A DNA stretch of 64,000 nucleotides from an uncultured Bdellovibrionales bacterium (GTDB taxonomy: Bacteria; Patescibacteriota; Minisyncoccia; Moranbacterales; UBA1568). The position numbers were made by a program, and so were the translations under genes. How positions within the stretch are numbered: the first letter of the stretch is position 1; every line of letters starts with the position of its first letter. Positions 26,423-36,421 of this stretch are shown piece after piece. The notes below the pieces were generated by a model that did no database searches, had not been told where the DNA came from, and saw only the letters and a list, made by a program, of their open reading frames with translations. The stretch spans positions 39,828-103,827 of the forward strand of contig CAZIZG010000001.1 in the NCBI GenBank assembly GCA_964543815.1, written 5' to 3'.

Positions 26423-26698
26423 CTACTTCACAACAGCCAGAATATCTTTAACCGTCGTTAATAGAAATTTTTCACCCTGAAAAGCAACCTCTTCACCACC
26501 GTAGAGACGGAAAATTACCCTGTCTCCGGCTTTGACGGTCATTTTTTCACTTCCTCCCACGGCTACCACGGTTCCAAATTGCGAACGATCTTCCTTGGCT
26601 GTTTCAGGAAGATAAATACCGGCAGCCGTCCGCTGTTCCGGTTTTTCCAACTGAACTAATACATTCTCACCCAATGGTTGAATCATTACTTTTTTCAT
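26423..26698 (-). CDS. groES: Co-chaperonin GroES
   Basis: IQPLGENVLV, TAAGIYLPETAKE, GTVVAVG, VKAGDRV, DILAVV. Confidence 0.93.
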   Translation of the reverse strand: MKKVMIQPLGENVLVQLEKPEQRTAAGIYLPETAKEDRSQFGTVVAVGGSEKMTVKAGDRVIFRLYGGEEVAFQGEKFLLTTVKDILAVVK

Positions 26699-26764
26699 AT
26701 TCTTCTCTCATTCACTGATTACGGCAAACACCATTATAGAAAAGCGGATTTCCCCCGTCAAGTA

Positions 26765-28063
26765 CTATTTTGACAGAAGTGCCTGGATCTCGGCGAGTGC
26801 TTTATCAAGCTGAGGGTCTCGCTTCGCCTGTCGATCATCAGCCGTGATGCCTACCTCCACATCTGGTGTTATGCCCACATTGTGAATCTGTTGCCCAGTA
26901 GGAGTAAGCCAGCGTGCGACCGTAATTTTCACGGACATATCCTTCGTCAATGGAATGAGTTGTTGCACTGATCCTTTCCCAAATGACTTCTTTCCTACCA
27001 ACCTCACATTGTCGCGATTGTCGCGGAGAGCACCGGACAGGATTTCTGAAGCACTAGCACTCCCCTCGTTGATAAGAATCACGGTTGGTAAGCCACTCAA
27101 AACGTCACCCCCATGCGATTTCAATTCCGTTCTCTTGCCGCCACCATCTTCCTCCATTACTACCACGGCATTTGATGGCAACATGAGACTCGCCATAGAA
27201 ACAGCTGTTTCCAAAAAGCCGCCCGGATTGCTCCGTAAGTCAATGATGATTCCTTTGGCTTTGGCTGAAAGCACCTGTTTGACGGCTTCTTTAAAGCCAG
27301 CCTCGGTATCATCACCAAAACGGCTGACACGAATAAGAGCAACATCGCCCTTCATTTCAAATTTTACGCTCTTGACCAAAATAACATCCCGCTTCACAGC
27401 TACCTCCCTCGTCTCCTCTTCACCAATTCGATATATCGTCAGCTTTACCTCCGTTCCCTTTGGTCCACGAATATGTTTGACGGCCTCATCCAGAGAATAA
27501 CTCGTAGAATTCACACCATCAATTTTGACAATCTTATCACCCGGTAACAATCCAGCCTTTTCCGCTGGAGTCCCATCAAGCGGAGCAATAATGGTAATAA
27601 CATCATCACGAATACCCATTTCCGCTCCAATTCCTTCAAAGGTACCCGAAATATCTTCATTAAACTCCTGGTTTTCTTTCGGACTAAAAAAGGTCGTGTA
27701 GGGATCGCCGGTAGCGGCCAACATACCATCTATGGCGCCGTAGAACAGCTCACGGGCATCAAGCTTAGTTTTGTCCACGTATTTATCCTTGAGTATACCC
27801 CAGACCTTCCAAAACAGAGAGAAATCAATCGTGTTATCTCCCGATTCTTTGTTGAGAATTATAGCGTCGTCAGGCGACAGAGCCCCTAAAGTTTCATGGG
27901 AAGAATTTTTTCCACGCTCATACCCACTCCAAAAGGTCAGCCCAAAAAGAAAAAGGATGAAAAAAAGAAAAAAAGATTTCTTGAACAACACATGTCCCCG
28001 CTCCTGCAGCGGCAGAGATGGTAACTCTTTGGATGGAGTAATTTGCGTTTCGTTCTCTGGCAT
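26765..28063 (-). CDS. ctpA: S41 carboxyl-terminal processing protease (PDZ)
   Basis: GDPYT, FEGIG, DLRSNPGG, SASASEI, SFGKGSVQ, GITPD. Confidence 0.9.
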   Translation of the reverse strand: MPENETQITPSKELPSLPLQERGHVLFKKSFFLFFILFLFGLTFWSGYERGKNSSHETLGALSPDDAIILNKESGDNTIDFSLFWKVWGILKDKYVDKTKLDARELFYGAIDGMLAATGDPYTTFFSPKENQEFNEDISGTFEGIGAEMGIRDDVITIIAPLDGTPAEKAGLLPGDKIVKIDGVNSTSYSLDEAVKHIRGPKGTEVKLTIYRIGEEETREVAVKRDVILVKSVKFEMKGDVALIRVSRFGDDTEAGFKEAVKQVLSAKAKGIIIDLRSNPGGFLETAVSMASLMLPSNAVVVMEEDGGGKRTELKSHGGDVLSGLPTVILINEGSASASEILSGALRDNRDNVRLVGKKSFGKGSVQQLIPLTKDMSVKITVARWLTPTGQQIHNVGITPDVEVGITADDRQAKRDPQLDKALAEIQALLSK

Positions 28064-28075
28064 AATGTTTCGTGG

Positions 28076-28900
28076 TTACTTAACTCTTGGCAGTGGCCTA
28101 TGGTAGTACTTCCAAAAATATTTAAAGGCGCTCTCTATATGATACCAAGTCAAACGATTAAAGAGGAGTGAGCCCAGGAACCCACCGCGAGCGCTCCCCT
28201 TCCCGTGATAGTGATAAACAAAAGTCTTGGGATAATGCACGACCCGAAATCCCTTCTCCCAAAAACGACGACACCAATCCACGTCCTCCATATACAGAAA
28301 AAAACGCTCATCCATGGGACCAACTTGAAGGGCTTTTTCACGAGAAACCAGCATCGCCGAACCGATTATCCAATCCACGGCTTTCGGTTCACTTAAATCC
28401 TCATCAGCAAGGGTAAACCAACGCAAGTGACGCCGGCCAAAACTCAAATTCCCCAGCCAGGTACGACGATAGAGTATGGTCTCTGGCCGATAAAAATGGA
28501 AACAGCTCTGCTGAAGACTTCCATTGAAATTATACTGCTTCGGTCCGAGCATTCCAATATCGGGATGATCCTTAAGATATGAAAGCATCTCCGATACCGC
28601 CCCTGGACTCAGCACGATATCACTATTGATAAGAAAGACATACTCTCCTCGTGCCTGCTCAAGCGACACATTGACTAATGTTTTAAAGCCAACGTTTTCA
28701 CGATAAGGAAAAAATCTTACCTGGGGATACTCCTCACGCATGAGCATTTCCGTTGCTTCCTCAGTTGCACTGTCCGCAACAATAACCTCAAAATCAATCC
28801 CCGAATGCCCCATCTCTTTGTAGATGGATTGGAGACAAAGACGGAGTATCTCCGGACTTCTGTATCCGTTAACAGCAATGGTGAGTTCCTTTTGTTCCAT
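28076..28900 (-). CDS. GT2 glycosyltransferase (rhamnosyltransferase-like)
   Basis: VADS, NVGF, LINSD, DERFFLYMEDVDWC; start set at MEQKELT. Confidence 0.88.
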   Translation of the reverse strand: MEQKELTIAVNGYRSPEILRLCLQSIYKEMGHSGIDFEVIVADSATEEATEMLMREEYPQVRFFPYRENVGFKTLVNVSLEQARGEYVFLINSDIVLSPGAVSEMLSYLKDHPDIGMLGPKQYNFNGSLQQSCFHFYRPETILYRRTWLGNLSFGRRHLRWFTLADEDLSEPKAVDWIIGSAMLVSREKALQVGPMDERFFLYMEDVDWCRRFWEKGFRVVHYPKTFVYHYHGKGSARGGFLGSLLFNRLTWYHIESAFKYFWKYYHRPLPRVK

Positions 28901-28940
28901 GCGTTTGGACCAAGCAGCCAGGCTCTCGCGCTGGACAGAA

Positions 28941-30164
28941 TTAGTAGTTGAGCGAGTTCTTGAAGAGATCGTGAATACGATCGTAGGTATCACCAATCGG
29001 GAGCAAGATATACCCTGTTTCTTTCGTTTGGGGCGGATTATAGAGAAGGCCCTCTTCGGAATTTTCCAACACCTTTTGATTGATACTTCCTGGGTCTCCT
29101 ACCTTTTGATACAAATCAAGCAAATGTTTCATCTCCCAAGCTTCAAGGTTGGTACTCACGTTGTTACCGAGACTATCAAGCATGGCACTGACTTTAGAAA
29201 AATCAGTAAGCGTCCCCAGAGAAAGCGCTTTCGCCTTAATCAATTTGATAACTTCCTGCTGACGGCGAGCGCGTTCGAAATCACTCGAGGTGTAGCGGGC
29301 TCGAGCATAACACAGCGCCTTATCACCGTCGAGCTGATTGTCGCCTGCTGGTAGTTTAAAGTCACCACCGCACTCAAGCTCTGAGATGGCTTGCGTAGTC
29401 ATTTTTTCAAAACACAACGGGTAACGCTTCGGGTTGGCATAGTATGTACCATTTTTTCGCTGAATCCTCTTCTCTTCATAGCTTCCACTAAAAACCGTAA
29501 AACGTACGCCATCGCACCGCTTTTCCAGACCACGAAACTGCATCCCCTCTTCAAATGGCTGATCCAAATGCACATTGATACCACCGATAGCATTGACCAA
29601 ATCCTTAAAGCCCTGAAAATTAATGGTCACGGCATAAGGAATATCAAGCCCTGTCACTTCACCCACAATGGTTCGCATATCCTCCATGCCGCCACCGCCA
29701 TGAGCACGTTCTTCGCCCAGAGCAAATACCGCATTTATCTTGCGGTGCTCATCGCGACCAGGCACTTTGACGTACAAATCTCGTGGAACAGAAATGAGGG
29801 ACGCTTTACTCGTGTCAGTATCACCATTCTTGGGATGAATGGAAAGTACCATAATCGTATCAGCTAATAACCCACCTCCCTCGACGCCTTCACCACGCAT
29901 ACCCAAAAGCAGGATATTTACTCGTCCTTCCTTTTCGCCCTTCAGAAGCTGTTCTGACCCAGGGAGAGTTTTAACAATACTTTTGAAGATATTGGCATTA
30001 CCACCGGAAACTTTATCAAGAGTCATACCAGTTTTCCAGGCAAAAAGACCTCCGCCAATAAGCAACAAGGCAACAAAAAACAAAGCGATACGAATGACCC
30101 GCTTTTTCGTTGATGATTTTCCAATTCCGAGAGTGGTCTCTCCGGCTACTTTTGGTATATTCAT
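28941..30164 (-). CDS. LCP (LytR-CpsA-Psr) family protein
   Basis: NILLLG, ADTIMV, SVPRDLYV, KINA, YARAR..SDFERARRQQ. Confidence 0.92.
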   Translation of the reverse strand: MNIPKVAGETTLGIGKSSTKKRVIRIALFFVALLLIGGGLFAWKTGMTLDKVSGGNANIFKSIVKTLPGSEQLLKGEKEGRVNILLLGMRGEGVEGGGLLADTIMVLSIHPKNGDTDTSKASLISVPRDLYVKVPGRDEHRKINAVFALGEERAHGGGGMEDMRTIVGEVTGLDIPYAVTINFQGFKDLVNAIGGINVHLDQPFEEGMQFRGLEKRCDGVRFTVFSGSYEEKRIQRKNGTYYANPKRYPLCFEKMTTQAISELECGGDFKLPAGDNQLDGDKALCYARARYTSSDFERARRQQEVIKLIKAKALSLGTLTDFSKVSAMLDSLGNNVSTNLEAWEMKHLLDLYQKVGDPGSINQKVLENSEEGLLYNPPQTKETGYILLPIGDTYDRIHDLFKNSLNY

Positions 30165-30186
30165 AAAAAATCCCTTACTTCCCTAA

Positions 30187-31332
30187 TTATTTTACCGAAT
30201 CATAAACCGATAAAAGTTTAACGGCGCTTTTTTTCCAAGAAAACAACGAGACCCGGCTTCTCCCCAGAGAGACGCCGTTTTCTCTTTGTTTCATATCAGT
30301 AAGAAGAGTATACAATTTTTCCTCACACGAGGCAAGGCTTGAGATGTCAAAATACGTCACTGCTTCACCACCAATTTCTCGTAAGCAAGGAATATCAGAA
30401 GCGACAACAGGAACCTCCTGACTCATGGCTTCAAGCAGCGGAATACCGAATCCCTCATACAGAGAAGGAAAAACGAAAAGTGAGGCAGCATGGACAAGAC
30501 CCGGGAGATCTCCTTGATCAACATACCCAGGAAAATGCACCCACTCTTGCAATTGATACTCTTCCAGTATCTGTTCAATGGCTTGATCATAGTGATGGCC
30601 AAAACGCTTCCCGACAAGCACAAGATGTATATCCGGAATCCGTTTCCGCAACAGAGCAAAGGCCTGCAGCAAAAATGGGATATTCTTGCGAGGCTGGAGC
30701 GTGCCCACATACGCGATATAACGCTCAGGTAAAAGATACTTTTCCTTCAATTGAGCAGTCATCCCCTCTTGGTGAAGAGCCAGGAAATCTTCGCTTAGTG
30801 CGTTTGTCACCACAGAAATTTTATCAACCGGAACATGGTAACGCTCGTGCAATTCTTGTTTGGTAAATTGCGAGGGCGCAATCAGCCGATTGGCTCGCTG
30901 CACAGAACGCGGGATAAGCAAAGAAAGAAATAACCGGTCACGCCAACCCACAAGTTCTGGGTATGCCGCAAAAGAGACATCGTGGATGTGATCCACTACC
31001 TTGGTTCGGTTTGGCACAAAAAGTGGCAATATATATTGGGTATGAAACACATCAATGTGGTGCGTAAACAGATACCATGGAAGTGTTACAAAATTCCAGA
31101 CAAAACGATTCTTTCCTCGCAGTGACACTATACGCACATTTGATTGCCCAATACACCCCAGTCGAGCCTGAAGGAATTTAATAGCCTGGGGCTCTCGCTC
31201 ATCAGTGAGAAGCAGATAGGTATGTTCTTTATCTATCCCCAACAGTTCTTTGGTAAGATTGAAAAACACCGTTTCATCACCGGTTCGTTGTTTTCCTAAA
31301 AGCCTGATATCAATAGCTCGTACTGTATTCAT
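30187..31332 (-). CDS. GT4 glycosyltransferase
   Basis: VGTLQPRKN, FPSLYEGFGIPLLEAM. Confidence 0.92.
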   Translation of the reverse strand: MNTVRAIDIRLLGKQRTGDETVFFNLTKELLGIDKEHTYLLLTDEREPQAIKFLQARLGCIGQSNVRIVSLRGKNRFVWNFVTLPWYLFTHHIDVFHTQYILPLFVPNRTKVVDHIHDVSFAAYPELVGWRDRLFLSLLIPRSVQRANRLIAPSQFTKQELHERYHVPVDKISVVTNALSEDFLALHQEGMTAQLKEKYLLPERYIAYVGTLQPRKNIPFLLQAFALLRKRIPDIHLVLVGKRFGHHYDQAIEQILEEYQLQEWVHFPGYVDQGDLPGLVHAASLFVFPSLYEGFGIPLLEAMSQEVPVVASDIPCLREIGGEAVTYFDISSLASCEEKLYTLLTDMKQRENGVSLGRSRVSLFSWKKSAVKLLSVYDSVK

Positions 31333-31346
31333 AACCCCTCTGTTTC

Positions 31347-32957
31347 TTACTTTTGAGACTCAAAATACAAATCTACTAACAATACCCCAAGCGAAAAGAG
31401 CATGAAATAAAATCCGAGTAATATTCCGGAATTAAAAAGATTAAAGACAGCGACACCCGCAAACTCCGCTAGAATAAATATCCCATACATCCAAATTGAT
31501 CGCTCAAGCGTCTCTCGGTAAAGACGGATGGCTGCATACACAATAAGAAACCACCAAGCAAGAAATGAAGCAATCCCGAGCAATCCACTACCGAGCCATA
31601 CCTCCAAGAAGACATTGCTCGCATTGAGACCAGCTCCCCGCTCATCCGCACCAAGAAATTTGGTAATACTTCCCCAGCCAATACCGAGCACGGGGTGTTG
31701 CTTTATCACTGACCAGGCTTGCCCATAAATATCCTTCCGAATAACAATATTAGGATCATCCCGGTAAACCTCCCGGATAACGTGACCGACCCGTTCTTCA
31801 TCTTCTCTTTCTTCGAGGGCAATATGACGACAGCCACTTTCTGTCAATTCATTCATGCTTTCAATCTTTCGAGGCAATACCGTATCAGCACTCATGCAAG
31901 CGATGGTAATTTTCTGCCAACCGCTCCCGGTACTCTGTATACGATTCCAAAATTGAAATGGACTCAAATCAAAAAAAGCAATTGTCCCCCATGCCACAAA
32001 AAACGAAGTGCTCACAATGAAGAAGAAAAGGGCGGCTTTTTTCCAAATAACGTGTATTTTTCGTATACCATGCGAAAGCAAAACAGCAAGAAAAATTACC
32101 TCACCGAGAGCGGTCGCGCCAAGCCAGGCACTTCGAGCCACAGTAAGGAGAAGCACCATAAACACCAAGCTGAGATAAAGACCCGAGGCAAAATACCACA
32201 GGTATACCCCTTGCTTTTTCCTCAGGCGTTGCGAAAAAATATCAAGCGCATTAATAAGCAGTACCATTCCTACTCCCAAAGCCACGATGCCATATAAGCC
32301 AAGCCAATCAGCTTCGCTGAAAGTAGCATTGGGTCTACCAATCATGACTTGAAAACTTTCTCCACCAAGCCGATACTGTATATTTTGCCAGAGAGCATAC
32401 CCAAATACGACCAAGCTCGAAGCCACAAAAAATGGTGCTGCCTGTTTCACGTCATGCAGCGTTCGAAAAAAAATACGTCCCAAGAAGTACACCACAACGA
32501 ATGATCCTACCACGAGGGCCTGTTTGAGGGCCTCAACGAGTACTGGAGCATGAATGAGCCCAATAAAAGACCCAACGCCTATAAGCACAGGCAGTACATC
32601 ATAGAGACGAGGCTGAAACAGCCGAAATGGCAAACGACCGAGAAGATAACGAAATACCAGTGCTAGGGAGAGTATCACCACTATCATCTGATAGGGACGA
32701 AGCATTATGCCGCCCAAAAAAGACGGGGCGACATTAATCGTTTCGAGCGGTAAGAGTCCAACACCCAATAGAAATGACCATCCGGGACGATAAAGCGAAA
32801 AAAGAAAGTAGACGAAACACAAGAAAAGAAAGGTGGCACCATCCAAAGGCAACACCCCCTGCTTATCGAGTATTATCAGGACAACCAAAGTAGACACTGT
32901 ACCCAAAAGCAGCATCCATCGTTGCCAGCGCCATTTGAAAAAATCAAAAATTTTCAT
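31347..32957 (-). CDS. O-antigen ligase (WaaL)-like membrane protein
   Basis: About 12 TM; RPNATFSEAD, ARSAWLG, HPVLGIGWG, NASNVFLE; start set at MKIFD. Confidence 0.8.
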   Translation of the reverse strand: MKIFDFFKWRWQRWMLLLGTVSTLVVLIILDKQGVLPLDGATFLFLCFVYFLFSLYRPGWSFLLGVGLLPLETINVAPSFLGGIMLRPYQMIVVILSLALVFRYLLGRLPFRLFQPRLYDVLPVLIGVGSFIGLIHAPVLVEALKQALVVGSFVVVYFLGRIFFRTLHDVKQAAPFFVASSLVVFGYALWQNIQYRLGGESFQVMIGRPNATFSEADWLGLYGIVALGVGMVLLINALDIFSQRLRKKQGVYLWYFASGLYLSLVFMVLLLTVARSAWLGATALGEVIFLAVLLSHGIRKIHVIWKKAALFFFIVSTSFFVAWGTIAFFDLSPFQFWNRIQSTGSGWQKITIACMSADTVLPRKIESMNELTESGCRHIALEEREDEERVGHVIREVYRDDPNIVIRKDIYGQAWSVIKQHPVLGIGWGSITKFLGADERGAGLNASNVFLEVWLGSGLLGIASFLAWWFLIVYAAIRLYRETLERSIWMYGIFILAEFAGVAVFNLFNSGILLGFYFMLFSLGVLLVDLYFESQK

Positions 32958-34108
32958 ACATGAATTACCTGACGAATAACGCTTTCTGTAAAACTTGTCC
33001 AACTGAAATGACCCGCTTCATGTTCAGCTGATTGGCGAAGCGTGAGACGAAGCGACTCATCTTGAATCAATCGCTTCAGTCCAGAGCGCAGAGAACCAGG
33101 GAGATCTGGATCGATGTACAAAGCAGCAGGCCCAGCCACTTCCGGTAATGACGAGACATCAGAGGTAAGTACTGGTGTTTTTACTGCTAACGCCTCAAGC
33201 ACTGGCAATCCAAACCCTTCATATCGTGATGGATAAGCAAAAAATAGTGCCTTTTTATACAAGACAGGTAAATCAGCCTCCGGCACAAAGCCAAGAAGAC
33301 GCACGCTGTCAGTAATTCCCAAATCCCGCACCAAGGACCGTACTGGCGTAGCCAAGGAATTTGATTCTGAGAATATTTTTCCCGATACCACTAATTTCGG
33401 TATCTGGCTATTATCGCCCTTATATTCTGCGAGTAAGGCAGCATACTCCCGAAGTAATTCCGCTGTATTCTTACGAATCTCTAGACCGCCCCCATGATAG
33501 ATATAGCCCGGGGTAAGGTGATATTTTTCCAAAACTCGACGCTCCTCATCGATTGATACCTCGCGACGAAAAATAGGAGCGACATCGGGATACGCAACGG
33601 TAATAACTTCACGATTCACGCCAAATTCAATAAGATCGTTCGACGTAGATTGGGAAACTGCCACTACGGCGTGAGCCCGATGAATAGCCCGTTCTGTAGC
33701 ACGCCAAAAAAATCGCTGACGCCCATTACCCAGGTACTCTGGAAAAAGTCGTGGGATCAAATCATGCACTATCATCGTATGTCTGATGGACGAGGTGCGA
33801 AATATCGTAGTTGACTGATACAAACTCAAAAAAACATCACAACCGTCCCGCTTAGCCTCAGTAGCAACACGTTGCTCCCAAAGCCACTTTCGGAACAAGT
33901 CGTCTCGTTTCCAAAAGCGAGGCAGGAACGCTCTTTGGTGTATGGAATTTGAGGTCGGCACAAGAGACGATTCTTCCTCCAGGTAGAGAAAGAATTCGTG
34001 ATTCTCTGTATATGAGAGCGTGGCCAACGTTTCAAGGAAATGAAGCGTTACCTGACCGATACCCGTGCCAGGTTTGCGCAAAAATGAAGCATTAATACCA
34101 ATACGCAT
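32954..34108 (-). CDS. GT4 glycosyltransferase
   Basis: MRIGINA, HDLIP, RKN, YPSRYEGFGLPVLEA, SSLPEVAG. Confidence 0.92.
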   Translation of the reverse strand: MRIGINASFLRKPGTGIGQVTLHFLETLATLSYTENHEFFLYLEEESSLVPTSNSIHQRAFLPRFWKRDDLFRKWLWEQRVATEAKRDGCDVFLSLYQSTTIFRTSSIRHTMIVHDLIPRLFPEYLGNGRQRFFWRATERAIHRAHAVVAVSQSTSNDLIEFGVNREVITVAYPDVAPIFRREVSIDEERRVLEKYHLTPGYIYHGGGLEIRKNTAELLREYAALLAEYKGDNSQIPKLVVSGKIFSESNSLATPVRSLVRDLGITDSVRLLGFVPEADLPVLYKKALFFAYPSRYEGFGLPVLEALAVKTPVLTSDVSSLPEVAGPAALYIDPDLPGSLRSGLKRLIQDESLRLTLRQSAEHEAGHFSWTSFTESVIRQVIHV

Positions 34109-34165
34109 ATGACTTCATTGTAGCAGAGATTGTTTCAAAGAAAAAAACCTTCCCCATCCTACTTT

Positions 34166-34762
34166 CTAGTCCTTGTGAGACACTATTGACTGCAATTCCT
34201 GCACCAAACGATCCATTTCATCCACTAACGGATGACTGACTCTCGAACGAATAATGCGATTCGCTTCACCGTAGAACCAAACAAGGTTTTCGGCGTTCCG
34301 TCTAAATTTTCCCCATACCTCTCCACCATGAGTTGCGTATTCATCAAGAGCGTTCCTCATGTTATGAACCTTGTCGGCCGTCGCCACCAACAACGCTTCC
34401 TCACTGTCATTTTTGAGATTTTCAAGATAGCGTTCTTTCCGAGCACGCCAACTCGCTCCGCGAATGCTATGGTCTTCCTTTTCGGCTTGAGTAAAGTCCT
34501 CCGTCACTTCCTTAACAATAGAATAGACTCGCTCACCAAATTCTTGCTTCAACATATCGTCGGTATAACTCGGGACATCCTCAAGGGTGTCATGAAGCAG
34601 GCCGGCAATAATAACATCCTCGTCATCACTATAGTGAGCCAAGAGAAAGGCTACCGAAAATGGATGAACAATATAGGGCACTCCACTCACCTTGCGTTTT
34701 TGTGGTTGATGGAGTACTGTGGCTCGAACAATAGCCCGTTCTATTCTAGGTGTGAGAAACAT
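34166..34762 (-). CDS. Stand-alone HD-domain protein, Mesh1/small alarmone hydrolase-like
   Basis: H..QKRK..G.PYIVHP, AGLLHDTLED, VKEVTED, ADKVHN; start set at MFLTPR. Confidence 0.82.
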   Translation of the reverse strand: MFLTPRIERAIVRATVLHQPQKRKVSGVPYIVHPFSVAFLLAHYSDDEDVIIAGLLHDTLEDVPSYTDDMLKQEFGERVYSIVKEVTEDFTQAEKEDHSIRGASWRARKERYLENLKNDSEEALLVATADKVHNMRNALDEYATHGGEVWGKFRRNAENLVWFYGEANRIIRSRVSHPLVDEMDRLVQELQSIVSHKD

Positions 34763-34873
34763 ACATTCAAAGAGTGAAAATTGACAATTCGAGAATAAAT
34801 CAGCCCAAGTTTTTTCCTTGTCAGCAAGAGCAATATTTCGTACAATAGAGCATATTACCCCTAAATTCAAGCT

Positions 34874-36157
34874 ATGACGAGAACGGAACAGACAGTGGCC
34901 GTGATTGGTTTGGGATATGTCGGCCTCCCACTCGCCGTCCGAGCAAGTGAACGAGGATACCATGTTGTCGGGTATGATACCAACGAAGAAAAAATTGCTC
35001 TGCTCAAAAAACAGCGCAGCCCTATCGAAGATGCTTTTTTGGAAGAAAATATCGCTCGGTTCCCCTTTGATGCCAGTAGCGATGCTAAGAAACTAAAAAA
35101 GGCTGACATTTTTCTGATTTGCGTTCCAACACCGGTTGATGAATCATTTTATCCCGATCTCGCACCGGTTATCTCTGCCTCCGAATTAATAGCTAGGCAC
35201 GCTAAAAAAGGCGCCCTGGTTGTCCTTGAGTCAACCGTCAATCCGGGTGTCAGTGAAGAGGTTGTCCGACCAATTTTTGAAGCCGCTGGCTATACTGTCG
35301 GAAAGGATATTTTTCTCGCACACTGCCCAGAGCGTATCAATCCCGGTGATACGAGATGGAATGTGACCAATATTCCACGTGTCGTTGGGTCCTTTGATAA
35401 AACTGGACTCGATCGCGCTCATGCATTTTATACCTCAATTGTGGATGGCGAAATTCGAAAAATGAAATCGATCAGAGAGGCAGAGGCTGTTAAAATCGTT
35501 GAAAACTCCTTCCGTGATATCAATATTGCTTTCGTTAATGAACTCGCTCGCTCATTCGATGTTTTAAACATCGACGTTAAGGATGTTATCGAGGGTGCCG
35601 CCACCAAACCATTTGCTTTCATGGCTCATTTCCCTTCCTGTGGTGTAGGTGGTCACTGTATACCAGTTGATCCGTACTATCTCATCGAACGCGCTAAACA
35701 GTCGGGATTTGACCATAAATTCTTGAAGATTGCTCGTGAGATTAACAATAGTATGCCTGCCTATACCGTCGAGCTCCTTCAGGATGCTTTGAATCAAGTC
35801 AAGCTACCCGTCAATGGGACACGTGTAGGAGTTTTGGGTCTCTCGTACAAAGCCGACATTGACGATGTGCGTGAATCACCTGCTTTCAAAGTCATCAAGC
35901 ACCTGGAAAAACATCACGCCATTGTCTCCACTTTTGACCCTCATGTAAAAAAGCGTTCCAGCGTCGCCTCGCTTGAGGCACTCCTCAAGAAATCCGAGGC
36001 GCTGGTTCTCGTAACCAATCATCGTGAATTCAAGGAAATGATTACCCCTGCCCTACTGAAGAAACACGGCATCAAAGTTATTATTGATGGTAAGAACTGT
36101 CTCGATAAGGCCTCTTTTGTTAAAAGTGGCATCATCTATAAAGGCATTGGCCGATAA
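34874..36157 (+). CDS. Nucleotide-sugar dehydrogenase (UDP-HexNAc 6-dehydrogenase type)
   Basis: GLGYVGLPLA, ICVPTP, ESTVNPG, PERINPG, GVGGHCIPVDP, RESP. Confidence 0.92.
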   Translation: MTRTEQTVAVIGLGYVGLPLAVRASERGYHVVGYDTNEEKIALLKKQRSPIEDAFLEENIARFPFDASSDAKKLKKADIFLICVPTPVDESFYPDLAPVISASELIARHAKKGALVVLESTVNPGVSEEVVRPIFEAAGYTVGKDIFLAHCPERINPGDTRWNVTNIPRVVGSFDKTGLDRAHAFYTSIVDGEIRKMKSIREAEAVKIVENSFRDINIAFVNELARSFDVLNIDVKDVIEGAATKPFAFMAHFPSCGVGGHCIPVDPYYLIERAKQSGFDHKFLKIAREINNSMPAYTVELLQDALNQVKLPVNGTRVGVLGLSYKADIDDVRESPAFKVIKHLEKHHAIVSTFDPHVKKRSSVASLEALLKKSEALVLVTNHREFKEMITPALLKKHGIKVIIDGKNCLDKASFVKSGIIYKGIGR

Positions 36158-36162
36158 AATCT

Positions 36163-36405
36163 ATGTTTAGTCTCCTGAAGCTTATTGTCTGGATGGCCGG
36201 TGTCATTGCTTTGGCCTATTTCGTCTTGCCCTATTTTGGCTACGAAATAAACACCAACTACTGGAATGAACGAAAGGTAGCCTGCCAGGAAAAACTTCAG
36301 CAGTGTCAGAAAGACCTCATCAAAAGTGGTATCGACGGAGCGAAAGAGAAATGCAATATTCAGTGTGTTGATCCAAAGCTCCTCATCAAAAAAAGTACCA
36401 AATAA
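36163..36405 (+). CDS. Small membrane-anchored 4-Cys protein
   Basis: N-terminal TM then CxxxxxxC...CxxxC; tightly packed in the operon. Confidence 0.7.
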   Translation: MFSLLKLIVWMAGVIALAYFVLPYFGYEINTNYWNERKVACQEKLQQCQKDLIKSGIDGAKEKCNIQCVDPKLLIKKSTK

Positions 36406-36421
36406 TTTTTGAAGCGACACT

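Noticed and set aside
7859-28063. Dispersed ftsEX, EnvC-like M23 and ctpA as a novel module
   Set aside because: These are well-known functionally linked cell-division genes, and their separation is ordinary rearrangement.
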